Below are positions 1-10,205 of a DNA stretch of 64,000 nucleotides, one piece after another. Each line of letters opens with the position of its first letter. Position 1 is the first letter of the stretch. Under the pieces are notes generated by a model. That model worked only from the letters and a program-made list of their open reading frames with translations, ran no database searches and was not told where the DNA came from. The position numbers and the translations under genes are program-made. The stretch lies in contig KV454018.1 in the NCBI GenBank assembly GCA_001661245.1, positions 867,996 through 931,995 of the forward strand. The letters are read 5' to 3'. The stretch comes from Pachysolen tannophilus NRRL Y-2460. Taxonomy: Eukaryota.

Positions 1-50
1 TTCTGTTTTGGACGTTTTGGTTTTATAATGCACTACGATGGTTTTTGTTT

Positions 51-59
51 TTTGTTTAC
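51..59 (-). promoter_or_regulatory. Forkhead (Fkh1/2)-type site upstream of KAR3
   Basis: TTTGTTTAC (reverse complement GTAAACAAA) about 90 bp upstream of a mitotic kinesin gene; short motif. Confidence 0.3.
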
Positions 60-150
60 CTTTTCTTAAATTGTATTAAATCTCTGAAGCTCACAACAGA
101 TGAGTTAATAAGAGGTTATAGATATAGATAGTATTTTCAAAATATGGGCG

Positions 151-2313
151 ATGGAGAGTAATAAAGATAGCTCTAAAAGACGGTCTATGATGATGGTGCT
201 GCTGCTGCCAGGAGGGAGAAAATGCGAAGATGTACTGAAGACCTGGAATTTGGGAAAGTTGCCAGTACCCACTAAAAGTGAATCGCCTTCGTCAAATACA
301 CCAACCAGAGTATCTTCACCTAATAAGAGTTATAATATAACTCCAACAACTAGAGAGAAAATAGAGAAGTTTGAGCATGATCAGAATGCTCGCTTACAGG
401 AATTGCGAGAGCTGGTTGATTTGAAAAGACAGGATGTAGATAGGATGAATAGTAAGATAATGTTATTAACAACAACAAAACAAGAATTGGAATTAGAACA
501 TGAAATCATTTATAATAAATTTTATGAAACTGCGAAACTTGCTTCAGCAAAGGGAAATGAATTGGATTCTTTACAAAATGAGCAAGAAAATAGCTTACTG
601 AATTTACAAAAAGATTTTGAATTATCTAAAAAAGATTTACAAATAAATCATGATATTCAAATTCATACAATTACTAAAAATTTTGAAGCTAAAATTGATT
701 CTTCAATGAAGGAAAAAATTGCTAAACTTCAACATTTAAAAAATAATTTACGTAAAGAATTGGATTCAGAAACTTTATTACTTGAAAATTTAAAATCAAA
801 TTCTGATAAAGAATTATTAAAAATTAAAGAAAAATATGAATTGAAATTAAATGAAGTTATTAATATGATAGAATCTTCCAAAAAAACTTTAGAAGAAGAA
901 TCAAAAGCTCTGGATGATAAGATTATTGAATTGGAATTTCAAATTAATCAATTAAATCAAGAAATTAATTTATTAGAAAAGGAAAATTCAATAATTGAAA
1001 TTGAATTGGAAAATAAAAAAAAATTATTTAATGATATTGAAATGGAAAATTCAACTTTAAATTTAAAAATTTCAAATTTACAAAAAAAATCATTAACAAA
1101 AGAAAAAGAAATTAGAGAAATTCTTGGTAATATTGATTTTTTAAATAATGATTCTATTAGAATTGAAAGACAATTATCTAAGGAAAATTATTTAAGACGT
1201 AGGTTACATAATAAATTACAAGAATTAAAAGGTAATATTCGAGTTTTCTGCAGAGTTAGACCACTGTTCAAACAAGAATTATTTGATGGAAACACAATTG
1301 AAATTGAATTTCCAAATAGTTATGATTTCTATGATCAAGAATCTATCATTTTAAAAGATCCCAAAGTTATTGATAAAATTTCACACCCTACTTACAATGG
1401 AACTTGTAAAAAATATGATTTTAAATTTGATAAAGTTTTCAGCCCATCTTGTTCCAATGGTGAAATTTACGAAGAAATATCACAGTTAGTTCAAAGTGCC
1501 ATAAATGGATATAATGTATGTATATTTGCATATGGTCAAACTGGTAGTGGTAAAACTTATACAATGTCAGAACCTAAAACAGGAATGATTCCGAGATCAT
1601 TGGAGCAAATTTTTGAAAATGTTGGAAATTTGAAACAATTAAGTGATGATGAATGGGATTTCAAAATTAAAGGACAATTTTTAGAGATTTATAATGAAAA
1701 TTTGATAGATTTAATTGGAGATAATTATAATCCAAATAAAAAACATGAAATAAGACATGATCCCATACAAATGAAGACCTCGGTAACAGATTTAACAACG
1801 GTGGAATTGAAGAACCCTGAACAAGTTTATGAATTGTTAAATAAGGCAAATAAAAATAGATCTACCGCTTCCACTAAGGCAAATGAGAGGTCTTCTAGAT
1901 CTCATTCGGTTTTCATCATAAAAATTATTGGCACAAATCTTTCTACAAATGAAAGAACTGAAGGATGTCTTAATTTAATTGATTTGGCGGGCTCAGAAAG
2001 ATTATCGTCATCTCAGGCTACTGGGAATAGGTTAAAAGAAACTCAATCTATTAATAAATCATTGAGCTGTTTAGGGGATGTGATATTTGCCTTATCGCAA
2101 GTCGGTTCAAATAATAATAGTTATCACATTCCATTTAGAAATTCGAAATTGACTTATTTATTGCAATACTCGTTGAGCGGGAACAGCATTACATTGATGT
2201 TCGTTAATATTTCGCCAATGTATCAACATTTTAGCGAGAGTATAAATTCTCTAAGATTCGCTATGAAAGTTAATAACACTAATATAGGGAAAGCCAAGAG
2301 AAGGATTCTTTGA
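151..2313 (+). CDS. KAR3: Kinesin-14 minus-end motor Kar3
   Basis: Long coiled coil, then LQELKGNIRVFCRVRP neck, P-loop AYGQTGSGKT, NERSSRSH, LIDLAGSER and HIPFRNSKLT in a C-terminal motor domain. Confidence 0.95.
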   Translation: MESNKDSSKRRSMMMVLLLPGGRKCEDVLKTWNLGKLPVPTKSESPSSNTPTRVSSPNKSYNITPTTREKIEKFEHDQNARLQELRELVDLKRQDVDRMNSKIMLLTTTKQELELEHEIIYNKFYETAKLASAKGNELDSLQNEQENSLLNLQKDFELSKKDLQINHDIQIHTITKNFEAKIDSSMKEKIAKLQHLKNNLRKELDSETLLLENLKSNSDKELLKIKEKYELKLNEVINMIESSKKTLEEESKALDDKIIELEFQINQLNQEINLLEKENSIIEIELENKKKLFNDIEMENSTLNLKISNLQKKSLTKEKEIREILGNIDFLNNDSIRIERQLSKENYLRRRLHNKLQELKGNIRVFCRVRPLFKQELFDGNTIEIEFPNSYDFYDQESIILKDPKVIDKISHPTYNGTCKKYDFKFDKVFSPSCSNGEIYEEISQLVQSAINGYNVCIFAYGQTGSGKTYTMSEPKTGMIPRSLEQIFENVGNLKQLSDDEWDFKIKGQFLEIYNENLIDLIGDNYNPNKKHEIRHDPIQMKTSVTDLTTVELKNPEQVYELLNKANKNRSTASTKANERSSRSHSVFIIKIIGTNLSTNERTEGCLNLIDLAGSERLSSSQATGNRLKETQSINKSLSCLGDVIFALSQVGSNNNSYHIPFRNSKLTYLLQYSLSGNSITLMFVNISPMYQHFSESINSLRFAMKVNNTNIGKAKRRIL

Positions 2314-2487
2314 AAGATTAAGATTGATTTTTTTATTTTTTAGTTTAATTTAGTTCAGTTTAGTTCAGTTTAGTTTAGTGAGTGATGTATATAGATAGTC
2401 TTTTGCTAATTAAAGAAAAATTTAGCAATATTCAACTAGTTATCCAACTAGTCAATTACAATTTTGAAATGTAAAATACTAAGCCAA

Positions 2488-3420
2488 GGCTTTAGTATAA
2501 GTACATCCATGGAATTTCTAAACCTAGATGAAAAATTAGTGAAGATGAGATCTAGATTCGAATGTGCATAATTTTGCATAAAAGGTATCCTTATACATTT
2601 ATTTATTTTTATAATTATAAATTCAGTTAATTTTTTTTTTTGGAACTTTCATGACGTTATCAAGCCTCTTTAATTATTCTAAAAATATTCTTCTCTATCA
2701 TGAATAATAAAGAAATTTATGAGTCTAGAAGTTACTAAATATATCATGAAATAAAATAGTCATTGAAAATCAGTAAAAAAAAAAACAATTAGAATACTAT
2801 TAGTCAATTTCCGGGAAAACCAGTAATTTGAGCTTAATTAGACTATTGAACCCATTTCAGAGTTGAGATCAAACATAAACTTTCTACTTTATTTTACTCT
2901 ATCCTATTCTGTAGTTTTTGGGGGGAGGGCATTTTTTATGAATGACAATTTGAGTTTTAAAAATTGACTCTCCTTTTGGATTTCTGTAAAATTAAGTAAA
3001 AGGGGGTAAGGGTCGGCCTTGTTTTAAAAATTTAACCACCATACCCATTGAATGTACCTGTTCTCTCCACATGGTTTAAAACAATAAACGAAATGGCGAA
3101 AAAAAAAAGAAAATTTTAGGTTTGATTATGATATCGAGTTAAATCTATACTGTAACAAGATATTATTTGAAAACATAAGTAATTACAACGTATATAATTT
3201 TATAAAGTTTTAAGTTTTTATTTTTCGAAAAGTTTAACTCATCTATCTCACCAATCCTTTTTTAAATAACATAGAGTTTTCAAAGTTTTCAATCAAATTT
3301 AATTTTTTTTTGCTTTCCAGATACTTGAACCCTTTTCGTAAAAGAAGTTTCTGTAAAAGTTTCATTTCCCAGTCGGTAATTAAAAGATTGATAATTTATC
3401 ATCTAGCATACTTTTGAGCC
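2488..3420 (-). ncRNA. Candidate long structured ncRNA (telomerase RNA hypothesis)
   Basis: No ORF. Nested inverted repeats: 2524-2538/3392-3406 (14/15), 2885-2897/2986-2998 (12/13), 3019-3028/3075-3084 (10/10), 2647-2654/2744-2751 (8/8), 2868-2874/3120-3126 (7/7). Template-like CCCUUACCCCCUU at 3012-3000. Strand and ends are inferred. Confidence 0.4.
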
Positions 3421-4012
3421 GCACTAAGAGATAAATAATAATTATAATAAAAATAATAATACAATTTTTACTAAAACTAAAAAGTTCAATTGTGTTTCAT
3501 TAATAATGAGGAGGAAGTTCAATTAGTTATAAAGTTATGCAGTTTCATTAATTACTTGCATATCATTGGTAAAGGAGAAAAGTTATTAGTATATCAAGTA
3601 TTGGTCTTTAGATAACTATAGTTTTCTAAATAAAAAAACATTTTTTATAAGATTTTTCTATATGCAAGAAAAGAAAAAAAAAAACAAAACAAAAAATAAA
3701 AAAAAATAAATTATTAAATTCCAAAGTGTAAATATATATTAAATATCTTTTATATATATATATTTTTATATAAATAAATATATATATGTTTTATGTAGAT
3801 TTTTTTAGTTTTTTTTTTTTTTTCTTTTCTTTTCATTGTAACTAATGTTTTCTTTTATTCTTTCTATTTCTTTCTTACATCAACACATTCGATTTCTTTG
3901 TTTATGAATATTTATTTTTTTTTTCTTCTTTTCTTTTCATTTCATTATCTTTTAAAAGATTATTCCCATCTTGAACTGTAAAGAAACCTAACACCTAAAA
4001 CAAGTTTATTTT

Positions 4013-5101
4013 TTATAATTCGTCAGCATATGGTAATACATCAGTGTTACCTGCAGCGACGTAGTTTACTTTTGAGATTGGGAGTGAATCTTTAACATTT
4101 GAGAAAGATGAAACAATTGAGCCTTGTGAATAAGCTTTAAATTCAGCAGCTTTTGTGAATTTTGATAATCCCGAGTTTGATTTTAAATCTTTGGCAATTG
4201 ATTTAATCAATATAGAAACTTCTTCAGCAGAAGATGATTCTACCGAGACATAAAACAAAGCAGCACCTTCATAAGTTAAAACTTTTGAAGTTACAGTGGT
4301 GAATAAAGAATTTGGAAATTTATAAGAGATGAATGCAGCCAAAGTCTCATAAGAAGCTAAATCTTGTAATTTAATTGGAATACCAATTGTAGCAACTGAA
4401 TTACCATGTGCCTTAATTCTAGCAGAATATCCAGTATATTCTTTAACAGGTGTTGATAATTTTGAGCCTGATTTTAACAAGACAAAAGGAGATGATTCCA
4501 AAAATGAGTTTAAATCTTTTTCAACAACACCTGTAGCTTTAATTTCAATATTTTCTCTTGTATAAACTTTTGAAGCAAATTCTTTAACTTCATCCAATGA
4601 AATATCATTTAAACCATCATAATATAAAGCAGAACCTAAACCTTTTCTAAAAGATAATTCATGTAATTTTTCTAATGATTTAAAAGAATTATTTGATTCT
4701 GCTAATTGTGCCTCATGTAATGATTGTAAAAGAACACCTTCAGTAAATTCATGAGGTTTAAAAGAAGTTTCAGTTAATACACTACCAAGTGCATTTACAA
4801 AATATGGTAAATCTTGTTGTAAAAATTGAGTTTCTAATACAATATCATCTCTTGTAACATAAGATTTATAATTACCACCCAATAATTCGGATTCTCTTTT
4901 CAATCTTAAACCAGATTTACTTGTTGTATTTAAAAAATTAAAATTAGATAATAAATGAGAAACACCAGATTTTAAATTCGATTTTGAACCAGCATTTTTA
5001 ACAATAACTTCAAGTTTTGAAACTGGAGTCGCAAATTCACTGGCGGTAACCTTAACAATTGAAGATGTTGCGTAAGAACGTGTAGCAATTCTTGAAAACA
5101 T
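4013..5101 (-). CDS. QCR2: Cytochrome bc1 complex core subunit 2 (362 aa)
   Basis: Presequence MFSRIATRSYA, GVSHLLSNFNF, SGLRLKRESELLGG, TSFKPHEF (M16 peptidase-like). The 710-aa ORF in the track is a fusion across an N-gap. Confidence 0.92.
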   Translation of the reverse strand: MFSRIATRSYATSSIVKVTASEFATPVSKLEVIVKNAGSKSNLKSGVSHLLSNFNFLNTTSKSGLRLKRESELLGGNYKSYVTRDDIVLETQFLQQDLPYFVNALGSVLTETSFKPHEFTEGVLLQSLHEAQLAESNNSFKSLEKLHELSFRKGLGSALYYDGLNDISLDEVKEFASKVYTRENIEIKATGVVEKDLNSFLESSPFVLLKSGSKLSTPVKEYTGYSARIKAHGNSVATIGIPIKLQDLASYETLAAFISYKFPNSLFTTVTSKVLTYEGAALFYVSVESSSAEEVSILIKSIAKDLKSNSGLSKFTKAAEFKAYSQGSIVSSFSNVKDSLPISKVNYVAAGNTDVLPYADEL

Positions 5102-5275
5102 TATAACGCTAAACTTGATTAATTCTATATACAAATTAAAAAAAAAAAAANAAAAANNNNNNNNNNNNNNNNNNNNNNNNNNNNNNNNNNNNNNNNNNNN
5201 NNNNNNNNNNNNNNNNNNNNNNNNNNNNNNNNNNNNNNNNNNNNNNNNNNNNNNNNNNNNNNNNNNNNNNNNNNN

Positions 5276-6165
5276 ACCTTCATAAGTTAAAACTTTTGAA
5301 GTTACAGTGGTGAATAAAGAATTTGGAAATTTATAAGAGATGAATGCAGCCAAAGTCTCATAAGAAGCTAAATCTTGTAATTTAATTGGAATACCAATTG
5401 TAGCAACTGAATTACCATGTGCCTTAATTCTAGCAGAATATCCAGTATATTCTTTAACAGGTGTTGATAATTTTGAGCCTGATTTTAACAAGACAAAAGG
5501 AGATGATTCCAAAAATGAGTTTAAATCTTTTTCAACAACACCTGTAGCTTTAATTTCAATATTTTCTCTTGTATAAACTTTTGAAGCAAATTCTTTAACT
5601 TCATCCAATGAAATATCATTTAAACCATCATAATATAAAGCAGAACCTAAACCTTTTCTAAAAGATAATTCATGTAATTTTTCTAATGATTTAAAAGAAT
5701 TATTTGATTCTGCTAATTGTGCCTCATGTAATGATTGTAAAAGAACACCTTCAGTAAATTCATGAGGTTTAAAAGAAGTTTCAGTTAATACACTACCAAG
5801 TGCATTTACAAAATATGGTAAATCTTGTTGTAAAAATTGAGTTTCTAATACAATATCATCTCTTGTAACATAAGATTTATAATTACCACCCAATAATTCG
5901 GATTCTCTTTTCAATCTTAAACCAGATTTACTTGTTGTATTTAAAAAATTAAAATTAGATAATAAATGAGAAACACCAGATTTTAAATTCGATTTTGAAC
6001 CAGCATTTTTAACAATAACTTCAAGTTTTGAAACTGGAGTCGCAAATTCACTGGCGGTAACCTTAACAATTGAAGATGTTGCGTAAGAACGTGTAGCAAT
6101 TCTTGAAAACATTATAACGCTAAACTTGATTAATTCTATATACAAATTAAAAAAAAAAATAAAAA
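5276..6165 (-). repeat. Near-identical duplicate of the QCR2 5' part flanking an N-gap (probable assembly overlap)
   Basis: Repeats 4265-5156 at an offset of 1011 bp and ends exactly at the gap. Confidence 0.85.
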
Positions 6166-6222
6166 AAAGAAAATAAATAAAAAATTGGATTTATATTATA
6201 TATTAAGCGCTGATAGATACAA

Positions 6223-6265
<43 letters not shown>

Positions 6266-6309
6266 CTTTCGTTTTTCACCTACAATTATAATTGAAAATT
6301 GTTGAAATG

Positions 6310-6316
6310 TGATTGG
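6310..6316 (-). promoter_or_regulatory. HAP2/3/4/5-type CCAATCA box upstream of QCR2
   Basis: TGATTGG about 200 bp upstream of a respiratory-chain gene, next to a ~40 nt poly(dT) tract. Confidence 0.5.
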
Positions 6317-6974
6317 ATCGAATAAAGTGCTCAATAACCGAAAAGAAAAACAGGGGCGGAAACAAAACAGGGGCGCTAGACGTTAACTCGAACTTGTTAG
6401 AAAGAAGTAAAGGTGAACAAGGGCGGAAACATATAAAAAGATAATTGTGGCTCGAAGGGGAAAAAAAAAGTAAGGGCGCCCAAGCCCAAATCAAGAATTG
6501 ACACGAGTGGTGTAAGTGGTGCAAATGGTGTGAGATGTGGTGTAAGATGTTTGATGGGGAGTATTTATTATTGTTAATTTTCACACCATCTTGACAAGAT
6601 TCTTTTTTAGTAAAGTGAAAAAGTTTAGTTTGGTATAACAAACAAAACTTGTGACACACAGCTACCCATTAGTTTAATTGAAAAAAATTGTTACTCTCAT
6701 TAGCTGATAGTACTAGGTTAGGTTAGGTTATCAAATCAATCGTGCACTGGATCAAGTATCCGTTTATGGCAATATAACTTGTTTCTCTTTCTTTTACACA
6801 TTGTGAAAGTGGTGAAAAAAATCAAAAAAAAATTTTTTTTTTTAAAAAAATTTGAAAAAAAATTTGAAAAATTTAGTACAAAAAGAGTTTTAAGGTATTA
6901 AAGGTGTAATTGAATACCTTTAAATTACTTTAATTCACTTTGTTGGTGGGAGTGATTATTATTATTATTATAGG

Positions 6975-8918
6975 ATGTCAGCATCGTTATCTTCTAATAA
7001 GCTGAATGGAAATGAAATACCTATAGAGTTACCACTTTTTTCAAAAACACAATCTCCAAAGTCGTATTTATTCACTCAAATTGTACAATCTCATTTAGGT
7101 GAACAGGCATCTTTAATAATTAGTGTTTTAATAAGTTATGGAAGGTTAACAATTTTAAAAATACGTGAACATACTCATTTACCAATATTTAATATAAAAC
7201 AATCTTTAGTATCTCTTATACAGTTGAATTTGGTTGTTTTTTCTGTTGATGATAGGGATAGAGTTTTTTATACTTTTAATGGGAATGGAATATACAAGAT
7301 AATTTATAGTGGTGAAATTATTACTACAATTCATAATTTTTATAAAAATAAAAATGAAAAAGAATTTATTGATGAAATTAAAGTTAATATTTTCACTGAA
7401 ATTGTACAAAATGTATTAAGTAGTGGGTATTTAAGTATTGATGATTATTTAAATTCTTTAAGTGAACATGAACATAAAAATGAAGAACAAATTAAATTTT
7501 GTTTTAATCAATTGATTAATGATGGTTGGTTAAAACCAATTGATAAATTTCATTTTCAAAATAGATTTGATTTATATGAAAAATTGTATAAACAACAATT
7601 ATACAAATTTAATAAAGAAAATAAAATTGTTATGAGTGAATCTAAAAAGCAAATTGAAGTTAAAAAATTAACTGCTGAAAAATTTCAACAACTTTTCATA
7701 GATGAAAGTGATAAAAAGATAAATTCAAAAAATTCTTTAACTTTTAATTTGAATCGTTTTTTAAAAAGACAAAGATCACTACAATTATCATTATTATGCA
7801 AACATAAATTAGGTCCTTTATCACTGAAAATTTATTCTATTATTTTACAAAAATTTGAAAAAAATTCAACAGATATTATAAATGAAAAAATAGATATTTT
7901 AAAATATTCAAATGAAGTTAGTTCTTCATCAACAGGATTAGATCCAGAATCTTTAGAAAATGTTATTCATAAATTAAAACTAAAAGATTTAGAAATTTTA
8001 AAATTTAATGTAAATGAAATTTTACGAGAAATTCAAAAAAATAATGAAAAAAATAAAATTAAATTAACTAAAAGTATTATTAATCCTAATAAGAAAAGAA
8101 AAAATGGAATTAATAATCAAGAAAATAATATTCCAAGGAAAAAAATAAAACTTGAAACTTTAGATTCTTTGGATGAACTTGTAAATCAACAAGAACAGAA
8201 AAAAGTTGAAAATTCTATGGATGTTGATTTTGAAATGGATGGCTATAATGGCAACCAAAATGAAAATGAAAATGAAAATGAAAATGAGTTGGCAATTTTG
8301 AATACTCATTTGAAAATATTATCATCGAATAAAGATTATAAATTTTTAATTGAAAATTCACCAGGATCATTTTCTATTCCATTCATTGATCTTGCAACCC
8401 CACTTTCTCAAAATATTTATAACCAATTAATAAAATTAATCTTTGGACAAGATTCTTTAAGATTATTAAATTGTGTCAATGAATCAAAATTAATTGATGA
8501 AAAACTTTTAGGAAATTTGATCTTGATGAAAGATTTGAAAATAAGATCAATATTAAATAGGTTAATCCAATTTCAAATTTTGGAAATTCAAGAAATTCCA
8601 AAAACACAGGACAGATCAGCAATAAGAACAGTTTTCACTTTCAAACATAATTTTACATTATCTAAAAACATTTTGAAGAATTGTCTCAACTATAACATGG
8701 CACATATTTTACATCTAATCACAGATAAAAAATCAGAAAATAAAATCTTAATAGATAAATCTTTAAGAGATGACGTTAAAGGTAGAGAAGAAGAAATGTT
8801 AATCGAATCTGAATTGGTAAAATTGAACGAATTATACAATTTTGAAATTTCAAACTTGGTCAAGTTCAATAGGCTAAGAAGCTTAGTAGACGTTTTTGAA
8901 TACTTACAAACCCCTTGA
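6975..8918 (+). CDS. RPC82: RNA polymerase III subunit C82
   Basis: IVQSHLGE..GRLT..IKQSLVSLIQL, EIQEIPKTQDRSAIR, LRDDVKGREEE; RRPE-like TGAAAAATTT upstream; divergent from QCR2 as in S. cerevisiae. Confidence 0.9.
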   Translation: MSASLSSNKLNGNEIPIELPLFSKTQSPKSYLFTQIVQSHLGEQASLIISVLISYGRLTILKIREHTHLPIFNIKQSLVSLIQLNLVVFSVDDRDRVFYTFNGNGIYKIIYSGEIITTIHNFYKNKNEKEFIDEIKVNIFTEIVQNVLSSGYLSIDDYLNSLSEHEHKNEEQIKFCFNQLINDGWLKPIDKFHFQNRFDLYEKLYKQQLYKFNKENKIVMSESKKQIEVKKLTAEKFQQLFIDESDKKINSKNSLTFNLNRFLKRQRSLQLSLLCKHKLGPLSLKIYSIILQKFEKNSTDIINEKIDILKYSNEVSSSSTGLDPESLENVIHKLKLKDLEILKFNVNEILREIQKNNEKNKIKLTKSIINPNKKRKNGINNQENNIPRKKIKLETLDSLDELVNQQEQKKVENSMDVDFEMDGYNGNQNENENENENELAILNTHLKILSSNKDYKFLIENSPGSFSIPFIDLATPLSQNIYNQLIKLIFGQDSLRLLNCVNESKLIDEKLLGNLILMKDLKIRSILNRLIQFQILEIQEIPKTQDRSAIRTVFTFKHNFTLSKNILKNCLNYNMAHILHLITDKKSENKILIDKSLRDDVKGREEEMLIESELVKLNELYNFEISNLVKFNRLRSLVDVFEYLQTP

Positions 8919-9548
8919 ATTCATATAAACCCTTTCAACATCATCATAATCGTTATCATTGTTATTATTATTGCATTGTAGTTTCCCGATGCCATTGGTT
9001 GGTTTTCCACCAATGACCGTCCGTGTCGCCTTTTCTTTCTTACTTCTAACCTTTTATCGCCAGTGTCACCCCTGTTATCTGGGTCACATGACACCCTGCA
9101 CATTAGATGACCTTATCGTAAAGAAAAAAAAAAATAAAAAAGTGTTTTAAAAACAATCACTTAAATTGATTTAGTTTAAATGTAAATATCTATATAATAA
9201 TATTAAATAAGGAAAGGATTGTATATGTCTATTATAAGGATAGATTATTTATATTTGAGTTATTTATTGTGATCTGAGTCTCTAATATCAAGTGATTAAA
9301 TTTATTGTGGTTGGGGAAAGAGATTACACAGATAGCAAAATAGATTCTAGTTAAATATATATAAAAAAAAATAAGAGTTATTGTGTACTACTAAAGTAGT
9401 AATTGGTAGTATTACATTGATTTATTGCTGGACAAGGATATTTAAATTGTTGCTTGTTAAATTTATTATATTTAACATTATAAATCATCAAATTGTATTG
9501 AATTAATAGTTTGTATATATTGGGAGGCAATTTTTGTTTAAAGAGGTT

Positions 9549-10167
9549 ATGAGTTACTTTAATAATAGTAGCGATAATAATAATTTATCAAAACAAAAAA
9601 TTAAATCATCGCATAGTAATAGAAATATTGATAAATCGACTCAGGTTATACAAGTAAGTATTTTTTATGTTTTTTTTTTATTTTATCTTTTTTGATGATG
9701 ATAACAGTGAATTACTAACAAAAATTTGTGTTTGTTTTTGATTTTTTGCTTATTTATAAAAGAATTTTTTCTTAAAAGCTTCTCATATAATAGCACAGGC
9801 AAGATCTCCTCCGCCATCTCCGGTTAAACTGCATCATGTTGAAACAAAAGGTTCTCAAGTTAAATTGAATAAATGGTTTAACTTGGAGTTGGACGAATAT
9901 GATGCGCCTCCAAGGGAAGATTTGAAATTATGGAGAATCTTATCGTCTTCTTCTTCGAGCGATTTATCATCATCTATTTTAAATTTACCTCCCTTGGTAA
10001 TCGAAACATATTTGGATCTTCGTGATTTGAATAATAATCAAACTTTAATATTGCTCGATAAGGGTAATCTTATAAGTGTTACCAGAGGTACAAAGAAAAC
10101 TGAAGTGGTGTTGGAAAGATGGTTGGTGGAGTTTGATTTAACCACTATTTTGAAGATTGATAATCAA

Positions 10168-10205
<38 letters not shown>

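Noticed and set aside
3310..3380. RNase P/MRP RNA, suggested by a P3-like TTTACAGAA hairpin on the minus strand
   Set aside because: No CR-I (GGAAAUUCGG or GAAAGUCCCC) or correctly placed CR-V was found
4013..6145. 710-aa tandem QCR2 fusion or gene duplication
   Set aside because: The copies are essentially identical and abut an N-gap, which is typical of an unmerged contig overlap
6276..6659. 127-aa and other intergenic ORFs (also 17301-17751, 28989-29410, 39327-39745)
   Set aside because: Many have non-ATG starts and low-complexity K/F composition from poly(A/T) tracts; they lie in promoters or terminators
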